Source: Pedosphaera sp. | GTDB taxonomy: Bacteria > Verrucomicrobiota > Verrucomicrobiia > Limisphaerales > SIBH01 | DNA: 64,000 bases | Direction: 5' to 3' | Assembly: GCA_031414955.1 (NCBI GenBank) | Contig: JANOQV010000230.1 | Span: 14,332-78,331, forward strand | Shown here: positions 1-12,275 of the stretch, piece after piece | How positions within the stretch are numbered: the first letter of the stretch is position 1 | Layout of the letters: every line of letters starts with the position of its first letter | Made by a program: the position numbers and the translations under genes | The notes under the pieces: model-generated | What the model saw: only the letters and a program-made list of their open reading frames with translations | Database searches by the model: none | What the model was told of the DNA's origin: nothing

Positions 1-102
1 CTCAGCCGGACGTTCACTCCGTTTCCATCGAGTGCGGAATCAGCACGCGTTTAGTCGTACCCGGCAAACCCGGAGCTTGGCAATGGATTAAACAAATGCT
101 CG

Positions 103-301
103 GAGGGCAGACGCATCTAATTTCGCGGTGTCTCGCACGAAAACCCAAAACCCAAATCCCAAATAAATTCCAACGACTCAAATTCCAAAACCAGGCGTTC
201 GCACGCCCATGGGAGTTTGGAATTGAGAGCTTATTTGGGATTGGGGATTTGGATTTTGGGTTTTAGCCCGTGGAACCAAACATTTTGATGCGTCGGCCCT
301 G
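103..301. mobile_element. Putative non-autonomous MITE with ISAs1-like ends, 199 bp
   Basis: Terminal inverted repeats GAGGGCAGACGCATCTAATT (103-122) vs reverse complement of 282-301 CAGGGCCGACGCATCAAAAT; flanking direct repeat CAAATGCTCG at 93-102 and 302-311; internal low-complexity inverted repeat ~141-264; no transposase. Confidence 0.7.
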
Positions 302-702
302 CAAATGCTCGGAGGTTGACGCGTTGGCGTATCCACTCAGTGGTGCCAAATCTCCGCCGCTGACTCCCTGAGCGCGGAGACAATCAGTCCGCCCCCCTCA
401 CGGCTGGCCATGCATGGATCGAGGATCAAATAGGTTCGACCAACAGAGTGGCCGAACATCTGAATGGTCCCTGACAATTGAAACTACGGCGGACACCGAG
501 GATACGAAATATTAGTCGAGTGACGTTTTGCCCGACCCCAATCCGGTCCAATGCAAGCGCAGCCGAACTCCACTCCCTTCCGTGCGTTCAGCGTCTGCCG
601 TGATTCTCTCTTGCAGTGTTCGGGTTCAGGACGGGCCGCGTGGGAGTCCGGGCTTTGCGGTTTGGTGTTTGGTCTGGGGCGATTTTCCGGCACCCTTTCC
701 TC

Positions 703-2247
703 ATGTCCGAAAAGTTTGATGATTTCCTCATCCGCCTGCACCCCGAGGACGAGGTGGCGGTGGCCAAGCGCACGGTGAAGGCGGGCACGGAGTTGCTTGA
801 TGGCCTGAGGTGCCTCGTGGCGGGCAAGACCATTCCTGCCGGACACAAGATGGCCCTTGTGCCCATCACGAACGGCACGGTGGTACGGCGCTACGGACAA
901 ATCATCGGTTTCGCAAAGGGCGACATCGCGGCGGGCGAGCATGTCCATACGCATAACCTGGTTTGCCAGGCCTACACGCGCGATTACACGGCGGGGACGA
1001 ATGTGCGGCCTGTTGCTCCAGCCGTTGATTCGCGGACATTCCAAGGTTTCCTGCGCCCCGGGGGCAAGGTCGGCACGCGCAATTACCTCGCCATTATTTC
1101 CACGGTGAACTGCTCGGCCTCCGTGTCGCGTTACATCAAGGAACGCTTTCGCGAAGAAGGTTTGCGCCGCGATTTCCCGAACGTCGATGGCGTCATCGCG
1201 CTCACGCACAAGGTCGGCTGCGGCATCCCGGCGGCGGAGAGTTTGAAACTGCTGGAGCGCGTCACCGTCGGCATGGCGCGGCATCCGAACATTTCCGGCT
1301 ACGTCATGATTGGTCTCGGCTGCGAGATGAACCAGGTCGGCGGGCTGCGCGAGAATTACGATCTGGCGAAACTGAAACCCGGCGAAAACGCGCCGACCTT
1401 CATGACCATTCAAGGCACGGGCGGCGTGCGCAAATCCGTCGAGGCCGGCGTGGCCGCGATGGCGAAACTTCTCCCGATCGCGAACGCCGCGCGCCGCACT
1501 GCCCAGCCGATCAGCAAACTGATTCTCGCCGAAAACTGCGGCGGCTCCGACGGCAACAGCGGCATCACCGCCAATCCCGCGCTCGGCGTCGCCAGCGACA
1601 TGCTCGTAAGTCACGGCGGCATTTCCGTGCTCGCCGAAACGCCGGAGATTTACGGCGCGGAGCATCTGCTCATTCAGCGCGCAGTGAGTCAGGCCGTGGC
1701 CGACAAACTCATCCGGCAGATTCACTGGTGGGAAAATTACGCGAAGATGTTCAACGCCAGCATCGACAACAACCCGAGCTACGGAAACAAGGAGGGCGGG
1801 CTGACGACCATTTACGAGAAGAGTCTCGGCGCGATTGCCAAGGGCGGGCAGGCTCCGCTCGCCGCCGTTTATGATTACGCCGAGGACATCATCACGCCCG
1901 GCTTCGGCTTCATGGATACGCCCGGCTACGATCCCGTGAGCATGACCGGCCTCGTCGCGGGCGGCTGCAACATCGGCGTGTTCACCACGGGCCGCGGCAG
2001 TGTCTATGGCTGCAAGCCCGCGCCCTGCATCAAAGTGGCGACGAATACGACGCTCTACAATTGGATGCAGGAAGACATGGACCTGAACGCCGGCACCATT
2101 CTCGACGGCACGGAAACGGTGGAACAAGTCGGCCAGCGCATCTTCGAGAAAATCATTTCCGTGGCGAGCGGCGAGAAGACCAAAAGCGAACTCAGCGGCA
2201 TCGGCGACGAGGAATTTGCGCCGTGGTTTATTGGGCCGCAATTCTAG
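703..2247 (+). CDS. uxaA: UxaA/GarD family altronate/galactarate dehydratase with N-terminal SAF domain
   Basis: SAF motifs (IPAGHKMAL, GEHVHTHN), GTRNY, CGGSD, NPSYGNKEGGLTTIYEKSLGA, FTTGRGS. ATG 703 preferred over track start 616. Substrate not proven. Confidence 0.88.
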   Translation: MSEKFDDFLIRLHPEDEVAVAKRTVKAGTELLDGLRCLVAGKTIPAGHKMALVPITNGTVVRRYGQIIGFAKGDIAAGEHVHTHNLVCQAYTRDYTAGTNVRPVAPAVDSRTFQGFLRPGGKVGTRNYLAIISTVNCSASVSRYIKERFREEGLRRDFPNVDGVIALTHKVGCGIPAAESLKLLERVTVGMARHPNISGYVMIGLGCEMNQVGGLRENYDLAKLKPGENAPTFMTIQGTGGVRKSVEAGVAAMAKLLPIANAARRTAQPISKLILAENCGGSDGNSGITANPALGVASDMLVSHGGISVLAETPEIYGAEHLLIQRAVSQAVADKLIRQIHWWENYAKMFNASIDNNPSYGNKEGGLTTIYEKSLGAIAKGGQAPLAAVYDYAEDIITPGFGFMDTPGYDPVSMTGLVAGGCNIGVFTTGRGSVYGCKPAPCIKVATNTTLYNWMQEDMDLNAGTILDGTETVEQVGQRIFEKIISVASGEKTKSELSGIGDEEFAPWFIGPQF

Positions 2248-2484
2248 CGTCGCCTCCCGACGAACGAGCCAGGAAGAAGTGGGCGGATGGCTCTCGCAGG
2301 CCGCGAGACGGGCGGAGGCGTGGAGACTTCACCGGCCCCGTCACTCGAATGTCAGTTTTCCTGCCGCCCGCAGATCCTCTGCACTTCACTGAAGGAACAG
2401 GACTCTCCACACCACGGAAATAAACATTTTTCCGACGGCCTTGGCGCAAGCAAAGGCAACCATCTCACTCGGACCAGGTGCCAT

Positions 2485-3246
2485 TCACAAACCCGTCGGA
2501 TGATCGATGAAGGCCCAGGGGACGCGGAATTTCTTGGCCAGGTGTTCGGCCAGCGCCTTCACCCCAAAGGTCTCCGTGGCGTAGTGACCGCCGTAGAGGA
2601 CGTTGACGCCCAACTCCTCGGCCAACGCGTACGTCCAGTGCGGACCTTCGCCGGTGATGAATGTGTCCACACCTTCGCTCGCGGCCAGTTTCACTTCCGC
2701 ACCCGCGCCGCCTGTGACCACGCCGATGCGGCGGCAGACTTTCGGCCCGCCAGGAAGGAGCTTCGCTTCCGTTTTCGTGACATTGGCCAGACGACGGGCG
2801 AGTTCATCGCGGGGAATGGAGGTGACGCTTTGAAGGCCGAGGAATTGTTCCTTCATGCGGAAGAACGGTTTGAAGTTTCGCAGGCCCAGCGAGGCGCAGA
2901 GTTGCGCGTTGTTGCCGAAGCGCGGATGCATGTCGAGCGGCAGGTGCGAACTGTACACGGCGAGGTCGTGATCCAGCAGCAGGCGCATCAGCTCAAAGTT
3001 CTTCCCCGTCCACGGTTGACGCTTGCTCCAGAACAGTCCGTGGTGGACGAGGAGCAAGCTGGCTCCGTCGGCGATGGCCTTCTGCGCGGTGGCGAGGCTG
3101 GCGTCCACTGCGGCGGCGATGTGCGCAACGCCGCCACGATTCTCGACCTGCAATCCATTCATCGCGCCGTCGTAGTCATGGATGTCGCCCACGCGCAAAA
3201 GCGTGTCGCAATACGCGGCCAGTTGTCGGAGAGATGACTTCGCCAT
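2485..3246 (-). CDS. Nif3-like dinuclear metal-centre protein (YbgI / GTP cyclohydrolase 1 type 2 family)
   Basis: NGLQVE, LLVHHGLFW, YSSHLPLDMHP.GNN, FITGE, GGHYATETFGV motifs; start MAKSS at 3246. Confidence 0.93.
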   Translation of the reverse strand: MAKSSLRQLAAYCDTLLRVGDIHDYDGAMNGLQVENRGGVAHIAAAVDASLATAQKAIADGASLLLVHHGLFWSKRQPWTGKNFELMRLLLDHDLAVYSSHLPLDMHPRFGNNAQLCASLGLRNFKPFFRMKEQFLGLQSVTSIPRDELARRLANVTKTEAKLLPGGPKVCRRIGVVTGGAGAEVKLAASEGVDTFITGEGPHWTYALAEELGVNVLYGGHYATETFGVKALAEHLAKKFRVPWAFIDHPTGL

Positions 3247-3468
3247 GACCAAAGTTGTCGGCGGTTGTCGGCTCGTTGTCAGTTGAAAACATTGGTGACG
3301 GTACAGTTTACCCTCCGCTGGTACGGATGAAGCGCCGAGCATGGCTCGAATTGAGGGAAGTTACCCTGCCGCTCGAAGCCAAATGTACGGCGACATTGCG
3401 GTATTCGCTCCTCGACGTGAGGAGCGTTCGAGCGAACGGAGAGACTAAGGGACTTGCTGAGGGAAAAG

Positions 3469-3544
<76 letters not shown>

Positions 3545-3559
3545 GACCAAGAGCGGTCG

Positions 3560-3587
3560 AGATTACGGGCCGAAGACACTTTGTCAA
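3560..3587 (-). promoter_or_regulatory. Sigma70-type promoter of tRNA-Lys(CTT)
   Basis: TTGACA-N16-TAATCT on the minus strand, ending 15 nt upstream of the tRNA 5' end. Confidence 0.65.
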
Positions 3588-3814
3588 CGGGCGCTTCGAG
3601 CTTTTTGCCGGGCCTGCGGACTGGGTTCGCCGGAGTGGTTCTATGGGCCGCCCACGGCCGCTTTTCCGCCCAGGAAAGCCGGGCACGTCCACAGTCACCA
3701 CCGTCTGGCAGGAGAGGCCGATCGCGGCGCGGCGGCTGGGCGGCCATCCGTCCACGCCTGCGCCACGGTGGAATCCCCCAGGCGCAGTCGTGCTTGGAGT
3801 CCGGTGAATTTCCG

Positions 3815-6688
3815 ATGGCTTCAGCGCGCTCTCACTGTCAAAACTTCGCCGTGATATTTTCCCTGGGCCGGAGACTTTGCTGGGGCGGCGTTTTGGCCGC
3901 CGGCGCCTTGGCTGCGGAGGCGCGCGAGCCGTGGACTTCCAACCGGGTGATCGGATCACCGAATCCGCCCGCGCCTTTCACGGTCGAACGGGTGCATACA
4001 ACGCAGAATTTTCAGAACCCGGTAGACCTCACGTTTATGCCCGGCTCGACCCGGCTGTTCGTGGCGGAACAGGGTGGGATAATTTGGTCCTTCGACACGA
4101 GATCGAACAGCGCGGCGCGGGAACTGGCCATCGATCTGCGCAGACATCATCAGCCGTTCGACAACATTCTCGGGTTTACGTTTCACCCCGGCTTCGCGAC
4201 CAACCGCTTCATCTACATCAACTACAACGAGCCGGGCGGGCGCCCCAACGGCGCGCATGTTTCGCGCTTCACGTTGTCGTCGTTGAACCCGCCAATCATT
4301 GATCCGTCGAGCGAGCGGGTCATCATTCGTTGGGTCAGTGGCGGGCATAACGGTTGCACCCTGGCCTTCGGCAACGACGGGCTGCTCTATGTTTCCACCG
4401 GAGACAACGACGACCCTGATCCGCCGGACGGCAAGAGGAAGACAGGGCAGGACATCAGCGACTTGCTGGGGTGCATCTTCCGCATCAACGTAGATCAGGA
4501 CGACGGCACGAACAATTATTCCATCCCACGCGACAATCCTTTCGTGAGCACGCCGGGGGCCCGGCCCGAGGTGTATGCGTTCGGACTGCGCAATCCATTC
4601 CGTATGAGCTTCGACCGCGTGTCTGGCGACTTGCTGGTCGGGGACGTGGGCTTCGAGCAGTGGGAGATGATTTATCGGGTGAAGCCGGGCGGGAATTACG
4701 GCTGGAGCATTACGGAGGGGCCGAACACGCACGTCCGCACTGACGTGCAGCAAGGGCCGGGGCCAATCCTGCCTCCGCTGGTCGCGCTGCCCCACAGCGA
4801 CGCGGCGAGCATCACGGGCGGGCAGTTTTATCGCGGGCACAAGTTGCCCAAGCTGAAAGGCGCGTATCTCTACGGCGACTGGGAGACGGGCAAGTTCTGG
4901 GCGCTGCGTCATGACGGCGACAAGCTGATCGGCAACGAGGAACTGTGCGACACCACGCTGCAGCCCGTTTCGTTCACCAGCGCACCGGACGGCGAAGTGC
5001 TGGTTCTCGATTACCTCGGCGGATTGTATTCGTTTGTTCCCAACAACGCGCCGGCGGCCAATCTCGCCTTCCCGCACCGACTGAGTAAGACCGGTATCTT
5101 TGCCGACACACCGAAGCTCATGCCGGATCCAGGCGTCGTCACGTATCAACCCGCCGCAACCATGTGGAGCGACCAGGCGGGCGTCAGCCATCACTTGGGC
5201 GTGCCGGGCACCGCGCGCATTACAACTCTGCCGACGCGCCAGACCATCGCGGGCAAAATGTGGGACTATCCGGCAAACACGGTTTTGGCGCGGACCGCGA
5301 CGATGAACGACAGCGGCGCGGCGCGGCGCATCGAGACACAGTTGATGCACTTCGATGGTCAGGCGTGGAACGGCTACACGTACCGATGGAACGATGCGCA
5401 GACGGATGCGGACCTCGTTCCCGCCGGCGGCACAAACGTGATGTTCAACTTTCGCGATCCGAGCGCGCCCGGTGGCGTGCGGGCCACAGCGTGGCGTTTC
5501 CACGGCCGCGCCGAGTGCTTCCGCTGCCACAACAGTTGGGCGAGCGAGCTGTTGTCTTTCAACTGGCTGCAACTGCCGAACGAGGAACTGGAACGGCTGG
5601 CGAAACTGGATGTGTTGAGCGTGAAAAATCGCCCGCGTGACCTGCGCCTGTTGACCAATCCACACGACACCACCGCGCCCCTCGAAAGCCGCGCGCGTTC
5701 GTGGCTGCATGTGAATTGCGCGGGCTGCCATCGCAACGGCGCGGGCGGTGCGGTGGCGGTGCATCTGAACTACGACAAGCCGACGCGCGACTGGCGGGCG
5801 CTGGACGAGAAACCCACGCGCGGCGATTTCGGACTGACGGGCGCGCGTGTCATCGCGCCGGGCGATCCATTCCGCTCCGCCCTGCTCTACCGCATCAGCA
5901 CCGAAGGCTCCGGCCACATGCCGCACATCGGTTCGCGGCTGGCGGATGAACAAGGCCTGGGCCTGGTGCGCGACTGGATTCGCACTTTGCCGGCCAAGGC
6001 CACGGGCACCAGCAAACTGGCCAAGGACATAGACACCGCCCTCCAAACCAAGGACCACGCCATTCTCCTCTCCTCCATGAACGGTGCGCTGGCCCTGGCC
6101 AGTTCGATTTCGAGTCCCGGGTTTCGAGTTCCGCCCGCCGCGCTCGCCCACACCAATGCCCTGGTGCGCGATCTGTTCCAGCGTTTCCTTCCGCTCGAAC
6201 AACGGCGTCAGACCCTGGGCTACGAATTCGAGCCGGGCATCATTCTCGCGCTTCGCGGCGACCTGGCCCGCGGCCGGGAACTTTTCGGGGGCGCGGCCCA
6301 GTGCGCAAGCTGCCACGTCGCCGCCGGAGCGGGGCGCGACTTCGGGCCAGAGTTGAACGGGTTGCAGGCCAAGTATGACCGGGCGCAACTGCTTGATCAG
6401 ATTCTGAATCCATCCAAGTCGGTGGCCCCCGAATTCAAGCTGTTCTCGCTCACCCTGCGCGATGACGCGGAACTGAACGGCTTCGTCCGCCGCCGCACCG
6501 CCACGGAACTGGTGCTGCGCGACGCGTCGCTGACGGACCACGTTATTCCGCTCGCCAGCATCAAGGAGTCACGCGCGTCCGCGATTTCGCCCATGCCGGA
6601 GGGAATGCTCGCGCCCCTCACGGCCCAGGAGGCGGCGGACCTGTTGGAATTTCTTTTCACCACGACCAAACCCCTGGCCCAACCATGA
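3815..6688 (+). CDS. Secreted glucose/sorbosone dehydrogenase (GSDH) beta-propeller fused to c-type cytochrome domains (PVC-type heme-binding protein)
   Basis: [53 protein letters not shown]; three CxxCH (CFRCH, CAGCH, CASCH). Start ATG 3815 or GTG 3851; track start 3503 overlaps the tRNA. Confidence 0.85.
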   Translation: MASARSHCQNFAVIFSLGRRLCWGGVLAAGALAAEAREPWTSNRVIGSPNPPAPFTVERVHTTQNFQNPVDLTFMPGSTRLFVAEQGGIIWSFDTRSNSAARELAIDLRRHHQPFDNILGFTFHPGFATNRFIYINYNEPGGRPNGAHVSRFTLSSLNPPIIDPSSERVIIRWVSGGHNGCTLAFGNDGLLYVSTGDNDDPDPPDGKRKTGQDISDLLGCIFRINVDQDDGTNNYSIPRDNPFVSTPGARPEVYAFGLRNPFRMSFDRVSGDLLVGDVGFEQWEMIYRVKPGGNYGWSITEGPNTHVRTDVQQGPGPILPPLVALPHSDAASITGGQFYRGHKLPKLKGAYLYGDWETGKFWALRHDGDKLIGNEELCDTTLQPVSFTSAPDGEVLVLDYLGGLYSFVPNNAPAANLAFPHRLSKTGIFADTPKLMPDPGVVTYQPAATMWSDQAGVSHHLGVPGTARITTLPTRQTIAGKMWDYPANTVLARTATMNDSGAARRIETQLMHFDGQAWNGYTYRWNDAQTDADLVPAGGTNVMFNFRDPSAPGGVRATAWRFHGRAECFRCHNSWASELLSFNWLQLPNEELERLAKLDVLSVKNRPRDLRLLTNPHDTTAPLESRARSWLHVNCAGCHRNGAGGAVAVHLNYDKPTRDWRALDEKPTRGDFGLTGARVIAPGDPFRSALLYRISTEGSGHMPHIGSRLADEQGLGLVRDWIRTLPAKATGTSKLAKDIDTALQTKDHAILLSSMNGALALASSISSPGFRVPPAALAHTNALVRDLFQRFLPLEQRRQTLGYEFEPGIILALRGDLARGRELFGGAAQCASCHVAAGAGRDFGPELNGLQAKYDRAQLLDQILNPSKSVAPEFKLFSLTLRDDAELNGFVRRRTATELVLRDASLTDHVIPLASIKESRASAISPMPEGMLAPLTAQEAADLLEFLFTTTKPLAQP

Positions 6689-7599
6689 AACTTGGATTCG
6701 TCACCGCCATCGTCCCGGAACTTTCGCTCCAGCAAGTGCTCACCCTCGCGCGTGACGAAGGCTTCGGTTGCGTCGAAGTGATGTGCTGGCCGGTGGGCAA
6801 GGCCGAGCGTAAATATGCAGGCATCACGCACATTGACGTGGCTCGTTTCTCGCGGACGCAGGCGGAGGAAGTGAACGGACTCTGCGCTCATTACGGCGTG
6901 AGCATCTCCGCGCTCGGCTATTATCCGAATGCGCTCGACCCGAATCCCGACGTGGCGCGAGCGGCGGTGAATCACATCAAGCGCGTCATCGTGGCGGCGG
7001 AAAAGCTCGGCCTGAAGAACGTGAACACCTTCGTCGGCCGCGACTGGACAAAGAGCGTGGACGACAACTGGCCACGCTTCCTCAAAACGTGGAAGCCGCT
7101 CATCGCCTTCGCCGAGGACCACGGCATCAAGGTGGGCATCGAGAACTGCCCGATGCTGTTCTCCAATGATGAGTGGCCGGGCGGAAAGAATCTCGCCATG
7201 TGCCCGGCCATCTGGCGGCGCATGTTTAATGACATTCCTTCGAAGAACTTTGGCTTGAACTACGATCCGTCGCATCCGGTGCTGCTGCGCTTCGACGCCT
7301 TCAAACCGCTCCGTGAGTTTCGCGACAAGCTCTTCCACCTCCACGCCAAGGACGTCCTCTTCGACCAAACCGCGTGCGATGACTGGGGCGTGCTCGGCCT
7401 GCCCAAACACTATCATCAACCGCGCATTCCCGGCTTCGGCGAACTGGATTGGGGCAAATTCATGGGCGCGCTCCGGGCCAGCGGCTATGACGGTCCCGTG
7501 TGCATCGAGGTGGAGGATGAGACGTTCGGCCAGAGCCTCACCGGCCGGAAACGCGCCATCCGGGTTGCGCGCCAGACGCTCGCCCCGTTTTTCGGCTAA
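6685..7599 (+). CDS. Sugar phosphate isomerase/epimerase (xylose isomerase-like TIM barrel)
   Basis: [45 protein letters not shown] overlap with upstream gene. Confidence 0.88.
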   Translation: MKLGFVTAIVPELSLQQVLTLARDEGFGCVEVMCWPVGKAERKYAGITHIDVARFSRTQAEEVNGLCAHYGVSISALGYYPNALDPNPDVARAAVNHIKRVIVAAEKLGLKNVNTFVGRDWTKSVDDNWPRFLKTWKPLIAFAEDHGIKVGIENCPMLFSNDEWPGGKNLAMCPAIWRRMFNDIPSKNFGLNYDPSHPVLLRFDAFKPLREFRDKLFHLHAKDVLFDQTACDDWGVLGLPKHYHQPRIPGFGELDWGKFMGALRASGYDGPVCIEVEDETFGQSLTGRKRAIRVARQTLAPFFG

Positions 7600-7602
7600 A
7601 GG

Positions 7603-10600
7603 TCAGGGCACTGCGGGGCCATTCGATCGACGATTCGCCACCATGAAATAGAGCACCGGCACGGCCATCCGGCTGATGAGCAGCGAGGCAATTTCTCCCG
7701 CCATGAGGGAGATGGCGAGCCCTTGGAAGATTGGATCGAACAGGATGACGCCCGCACCGGCGACAACGGCCAGCGCGGTCAACAGCATCGGGCGGAAACG
7801 AACCGCACCGGCATCAACCACGGCCTCGGCGAGCGGCATTCCCTCTGCCAGGCGTTGCTCAATAAAGTCGACCAGGATGATCGAGTTGCGCACCACGATG
7901 CCGGCTCCGGCCATGAAGCCGATCATCGAAGTGGCGGTGAAGAACGCGCCCAGCGCACCATGCGCGGGCAAAATGCCGACGAGCGAGAACGGGATGGCCA
8001 TCATCACCACCAGTGGAATGAGAAAAGAGCGGAACCAGCCGACCATCAGCACGTAGATCAGCACCAGCACCGCGGCGAAGGCGAGACCGAGGTCACGGAA
8101 CACCTCAATGGTAATGTGCCATTCGCCGTCCCACTTGATCGCCGGCTGGTCATCGGTGAAAGGCTGAGTGGCGTTGAAAATCTTCAGTTGCGTGCCGTCA
8201 CCGGCAAATTGCCGGGTATCGATCTGCTCCAGCGCCTTGTTCATCTTCTGAATCGCATAGACCGGGCTTTCAATCACACCGGCCACATCGCCAATCACGT
8301 ACGTCACCGGCATCAGGTTCTTGTGGTAGATGCTCTTGTCGGCAATCGTCGACTGAATGCTCACCAATTCGCGCAGCGGAACGAGCGGTGCGGAGCCACC
8401 CAGGCCAGGCTCGGGCCAGGCATTCGCGTCTCCGGAGCGCACGCGCAGGGCCAGCAAATCCCCGGGCGAAGAACGACTGGCCAGCGGCAGACGCAAGACA
8501 ATGTTCACGTCCTCCTTCTCGCGCTGATCGTGCAACAGGGCCACGTTCTCTCCGCCGACTGCGAGGCGCAGTGTCTGGGAAATGGTCTCGGCGCTGATGC
8601 CATGCAGCGCGGCTTTTTCTTTGTCGATGACGAACTTGGTCTTGGGCTGGTCAGCTTCAAGATACCAATCCACATCCACTACGCCGGGCGTCTGCTGAAA
8701 GATCTCGCGCACCTTCCCGGCCAGGGCGTGCCGTGCCTCCTCAGTCGGCCCGTAAATCTCCGCCACCAGCGTCTGCAACACGGGCGGGCCGGGCGGCACT
8801 TCGGCCACGGCCACACGGGCGTTGAACCTCGCGGCAATCGCTGCGACGCGCGGACGGATGCGCTTGGCGATGTCGTGGCTCTGGGCCTTGCGCTCGTGTT
8901 TCCCCACAAGGTTGATCTGCACGTCGGCCACGTTCGCACCACGCCGCATAAAGTAATGGCGGACGAGACCGTTGAAGTTGAACGGCGCCGCCGCACCGAC
9001 ATAAACCTGATAGTCCGTCACCTCTGGTTCGACCCGAACAGCCGCAGCCATTTCGCGCGCGGCCTGTGCGGTGCGCTCAAGCGAACTGCCCTCGGGCATG
9101 TTCAGGATGATCTGGAACTCCGACTTGTTGTCGAAGGGCAGCATCTTGACCTTCACCCATTTGATTCCGACCAAGGACATGGCCACTAGCAGCAGCGCCG
9201 TAATGCCGCCGAGGAACGCCCAGCGCCAGGGCGCGCGCGCGAGGAGCGGACTCATGATGCGGCGATACAAGCGAGTGAACGCGTCTTCGGCGTGCTCTGA
9301 ATGTGGACGGGGGTTGTTGTCTTCTCCTGCGGCACCCGGACCTGCCGTGAGCGAGGTGTATTTCTTGCCCAAGCGCAGAATCCGAATCGCCGCCCAGGGC
9401 GTGACGATGAAAGCGATGGCCAGCGAGAAGAACATGGCCGCGCTGGCGCCGAGGGGAATCGGCCGCATGTACGGGCCCATCAGCCCGCCGACAAACGCCA
9501 TCGGCAGCACGGCGGCGATGACCGCGAAGGTGGCGAGGATGGTGGGGTTGCCGACTTCACCAACCGCTTCCACGGCCATGCTCGACCAGTTCCGCCCCTT
9601 GTTTTGCGGCAGATGAAAATGGCGAACGATGTTCTCCACCACCACGATGGCGTCATCGACGAGGATGCCGATGCTGAAGATGAGCGCGAAGAGCGTGATG
9701 CGGTTGAGGGTGAAGCCGTAGAGGTAGAACACGACCAGGGTAAGGGCGAGCGTGGAAGGAATCGCGATGGCCACAATGCCCGATTCGCGCCAGCCGAGCG
9801 TGAGCAGGATGAGAATCGAGACGCTGACCACGGCGAGGCCCATGTGGAAGAGCAGCTCGTTGGATTTTTCGGCCGCAGTTTTGCCGTAATGGCGCGTGAC
9901 GGTCATCTGCACGGCGGCGGGAATGAGCGAACCGCGCAAGGTCTCGACTTTACGCAGCACTTCCCGGGCGATGGAGACCGCGTTGGCACCGGGACGCTTG
10001 GCGATGCTGAGGGTGGCGGCGGGTTGTTCATCTCCTGCCCCGGATCTGGCCGCCCCATTCCCAAAGAACACATACTGGCTCGGTTCCTCGGCCCCATCCA
10101 CGATGGCGGCGACATCGCGCAGATAAACTGGACGCCCGCCGAAGACGCCCACGACCACGTTGCCGACCTCGCCGGCGCGCTCCAGAAAGGCGCCGGTTTC
10201 CACGACAATTTCCTGGTTGTGGCTGGTCAACCCACCGGCGGCGAACTGCCGGTTGGCTTGTTGCAGCATCGGGACGAGGCCGGCCGCGCTGAGGTTGCGC
10301 GAGGCGAGTTTCACGGGATCGAGCAGCACGCGCACCTGCCGCCGCGCACCGCCGATGAGCGTGGTTTCCGCCACGAGCGGAACTTGCTTCACCGAGTCAT
10401 CTACCTGGGCCACGAGTCGGCGGAGCGTGAGATGGTCGTAGCGCGGGCTGTGAAATGTGAGCGCGAGAATCGGCACGTCATCGATGGACTTGGGCTTGAT
10501 CAGGGGGAAGGCAATACCGTGGGGGATGCGGTCAAAATTGGCGCGAAGCTTCTCCGTGAGTTTGACCAGGCTGCGCTCGACGTCCTCGCCGACCTTGAAG

Positions 10601-10917
10601 CGCACGATGACCAGGCTCTCGCCGGGGCGCGAGGTGGAGTAGATGTATTCCACGCCGGCAATTTCCCAGAGCAGCTTCTCCATGGGGCGCGTGGCTCGCT
10701 CTTCCACTTCGCGCGCGCTGAAGCCTGGCATCGAGACCATCACATCCACGATCGGCACCTTGATCTGCGGTTCCTCTTCGCGTGGGAGGAGAAAGATCGC
10801 CGCCACCCCAAGCAACACCGAGGTGATGATGACCAACGGTGTGAGCCTGGAATTGATGAAGGTGCGCGCGATGCGCCCGGCCAACCCGGGCGTGGAGTGC
10901 GATGAGGCAGGATTCAC
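7603..10917 (-). CDS. RND efflux permease (AcrB/CusA family)
   Basis: 1104 aa; [57 protein letters not shown]. Confidence 0.95.
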   Translation of the reverse strand: MNPASSHSTPGLAGRIARTFINSRLTPLVIITSVLLGVAAIFLLPREEEPQIKVPIVDVMVSMPGFSAREVEERATRPMEKLLWEIAGVEYIYSTSRPGESLVIVRFKVGEDVERSLVKLTEKLRANFDRIPHGIAFPLIKPKSIDDVPILALTFHSPRYDHLTLRRLVAQVDDSVKQVPLVAETTLIGGARRQVRVLLDPVKLASRNLSAAGLVPMLQQANRQFAAGGLTSHNQEIVVETGAFLERAGEVGNVVVGVFGGRPVYLRDVAAIVDGAEEPSQYVFFGNGAARSGAGDEQPAATLSIAKRPGANAVSIAREVLRKVETLRGSLIPAAVQMTVTRHYGKTAAEKSNELLFHMGLAVVSVSILILLTLGWRESGIVAIAIPSTLALTLVVFYLYGFTLNRITLFALIFSIGILVDDAIVVVENIVRHFHLPQNKGRNWSSMAVEAVGEVGNPTILATFAVIAAVLPMAFVGGLMGPYMRPIPLGASAAMFFSLAIAFIVTPWAAIRILRLGKKYTSLTAGPGAAGEDNNPRPHSEHAEDAFTRLYRRIMSPLLARAPWRWAFLGGITALLLVAMSLVGIKWVKVKMLPFDNKSEFQIILNMPEGSSLERTAQAAREMAAAVRVEPEVTDYQVYVGAAAPFNFNGLVRHYFMRRGANVADVQINLVGKHERKAQSHDIAKRIRPRVAAIAARFNARVAVAEVPPGPPVLQTLVAEIYGPTEEARHALAGKVREIFQQTPGVVDVDWYLEADQPKTKFVIDKEKAALHGISAETISQTLRLAVGGENVALLHDQREKEDVNIVLRLPLASRSSPGDLLALRVRSGDANAWPEPGLGGSAPLVPLRELVSIQSTIADKSIYHKNLMPVTYVIGDVAGVIESPVYAIQKMNKALEQIDTRQFAGDGTQLKIFNATQPFTDDQPAIKWDGEWHITIEVFRDLGLAFAAVLVLIYVLMVGWFRSFLIPLVVMMAIPFSLVGILPAHGALGAFFTATSMIGFMAGAGIVVRNSIILVDFIEQRLAEGMPLAEAVVDAGAVRFRPMLLTALAVVAGAGVILFDPIFQGLAISLMAGEIASLLISRMAVPVLYFMVANRRSNGPAVP

Positions 10918-11942
10918 TTCACCTCCAGCGGTTGACCTTCGCGCAACTGGGCCGCGCCCTCGACCACGACCTGCTCGCCCGCACTGATCCCGGACACCAA
11001 TTCCACTTCCCCGCCGAGGCGCCGACCAGTTTTCACGAGCCGCAACTGTGCCTGCTGGTTCACGACCACGAAGATCAGTTCCATCTGGCCGCGCTGAATC
11101 ACGGCTTCGAATGGGACCAACAAGGCCTTGCTTTCACCAAGCGGGATGGCTACGCGCGCGAGCTGTCCGGCGCGCAAACCCGCGTTCGCCGGCAGGTCGA
11201 GTTTCACGCTGAAGGTGCGGCTACCCGCATCGGCACTGGGCGCGATCTCGCTCAGGACCGCAGTGACCGGGGCATCCTCGGCCGCAGCACGCACCTGGAA
11301 ACGCGCGCCGAGTTGGACGCGGTTAATGAGCGCTTCGGGAACGCCCGCTTCCAAGCGCAGCGTGTTCGGGTCATCCATCTCCAGCAGGGCGCGACCGGGG
11401 GAAGCCAGGTCGCCGACATCAACATGCTTGCGGGTGACGACACCGAGGAAGGGCGCAGTCAGCTTGGTATAGCCGAGCATCGTCTCGGCCTCCGCCACGG
11501 CGGCGACGGCGACGCGGTGGCGCGAGTCGGCGGTTTCAAATTCCTGAATGGAAATGGCCTTCTGCCCGAGCAAACTGCGCAGGCGTTCGGCATCACGGGC
11601 TGATTGTTCGCGCGTGGCCAGCGCCTGATCGAGGCGGGCTTGAATCTCCTTGGCCTCGATCTGCACGAGCAGTTCACCGGCTTTGACCGACTGGCCCGGC
11701 GTGACCAGCATCTGGTCGATGCGCCCGCTCACCTTTGATTCGATGGTGGCGCGCAGCTTGGGTTGGACGGTTCCGACCACATCTTCGGTGGCGAGGAGTG
11801 ATTTGGTTTCCAACCTCAGCACGCGCACGGAAGCGGCGGGAATTTTCTGCGCGGTTCCGGGGCCAGGCTGACTCTCGCGGCAGCCGGTTAGGGCCAGCAA
11901 CACCGGGACGGCCAGAGCGCCGAAAAATTTCAAACCTTGCAT
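10914..11942 (-). CDS. RND periplasmic adaptor (membrane fusion protein), probable lipoprotein
   Basis: Lipobox-like LALTGC; lipoyl-like [17 protein letters not shown]; helical hairpin; APFLGVV; GTGA overlap with permease. Confidence 0.9.
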   Translation of the reverse strand: MQGLKFFGALAVPVLLALTGCRESQPGPGTAQKIPAASVRVLRLETKSLLATEDVVGTVQPKLRATIESKVSGRIDQMLVTPGQSVKAGELLVQIEAKEIQARLDQALATREQSARDAERLRSLLGQKAISIQEFETADSRHRVAVAAVAEAETMLGYTKLTAPFLGVVTRKHVDVGDLASPGRALLEMDDPNTLRLEAGVPEALINRVQLGARFQVRAAAEDAPVTAVLSEIAPSADAGSRTFSVKLDLPANAGLRAGQLARVAIPLGESKALLVPFEAVIQRGQMELIFVVVNQQAQLRLVKTGRRLGGEVELVSGISAGEQVVVEGAAQLREGQPLEVK

Positions 11943-11967
11943 ACGAGAAGAGACGGCCGTGAATGAC

Positions 11968-12177
11968 TCACGAGCAACAGCCGCCGTTTGCTTTTCCCAC
12001 ACCCAGCTTGCGGAGGAAAATCTCCATCGGACAGAACCGGGTTAAGGACGACTGAAGCAGGTTGAAGCCGACGAAGGCGGTAAACCAGAGCCAGTGCGGG
12101 CTGTGCAGACGAGCGAGCGCCAGGCTCAAGAGGATAAACAAGCCGGCGAACATTCGGATGTAGCGTTCCATAGTCAT
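11968..12177 (-). CDS. DUF2892 / YgaP-like small membrane protein
   Basis: 69 aa MTMERYIR..., two TM segments, WFTAFVGFNLLQS.LTRFCPM, C-terminal GGCCS. Confidence 0.88.
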   Translation of the reverse strand: MTMERYIRMFAGLFILLSLALARLHSPHWLWFTAFVGFNLLQSSLTRFCPMEIFLRKLGVGKANGGCCS

Positions 12178-12196
12178 ATCATTTCGTTCCTGCCCG

Positions 12197-12225
12197 GTTT
12201 GAGCCGCGAGCCGGGGAAAGGTTAC
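12197..12225 (-). promoter_or_regulatory. Putative ECF sigma promoter (GTAAC-N16-GCTCAA) for the DUF2892-MFP-RND operon
   Basis: GTAACCTTTCCCCGGCTCGCGGCTCAAAC; 23/29 identical, same spacing, to the motif at 12926-12954. Confidence 0.6.
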
Positions 12226-12275
12226 AAACGTGGTGGCTTGTCTGGAAATCGGGCCAACGGCATGTTGGGCGCGCA

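Noticed and set aside
2317..2414. Weak inverted repeat GGCGTGGAGA / TCTCCACACC between convergent uxaA and Nif3 genes, as a possible ncRNA or riboswitch
   Set aside because: Only ~10 bp and imperfect; no recognisable aptamer consensus and not in a 5' leader.
3454..3468. Similar trailers after both tRNA-Lys genes (CTTTTCCCTCAGCAA vs CTTTTTCCAGCAA)
   Set aside because: Short and pyrimidine-rich; no GIY-YIG ORF or tRNA copy follows tRNA-Lys(CTT), so a second element is unsupported.
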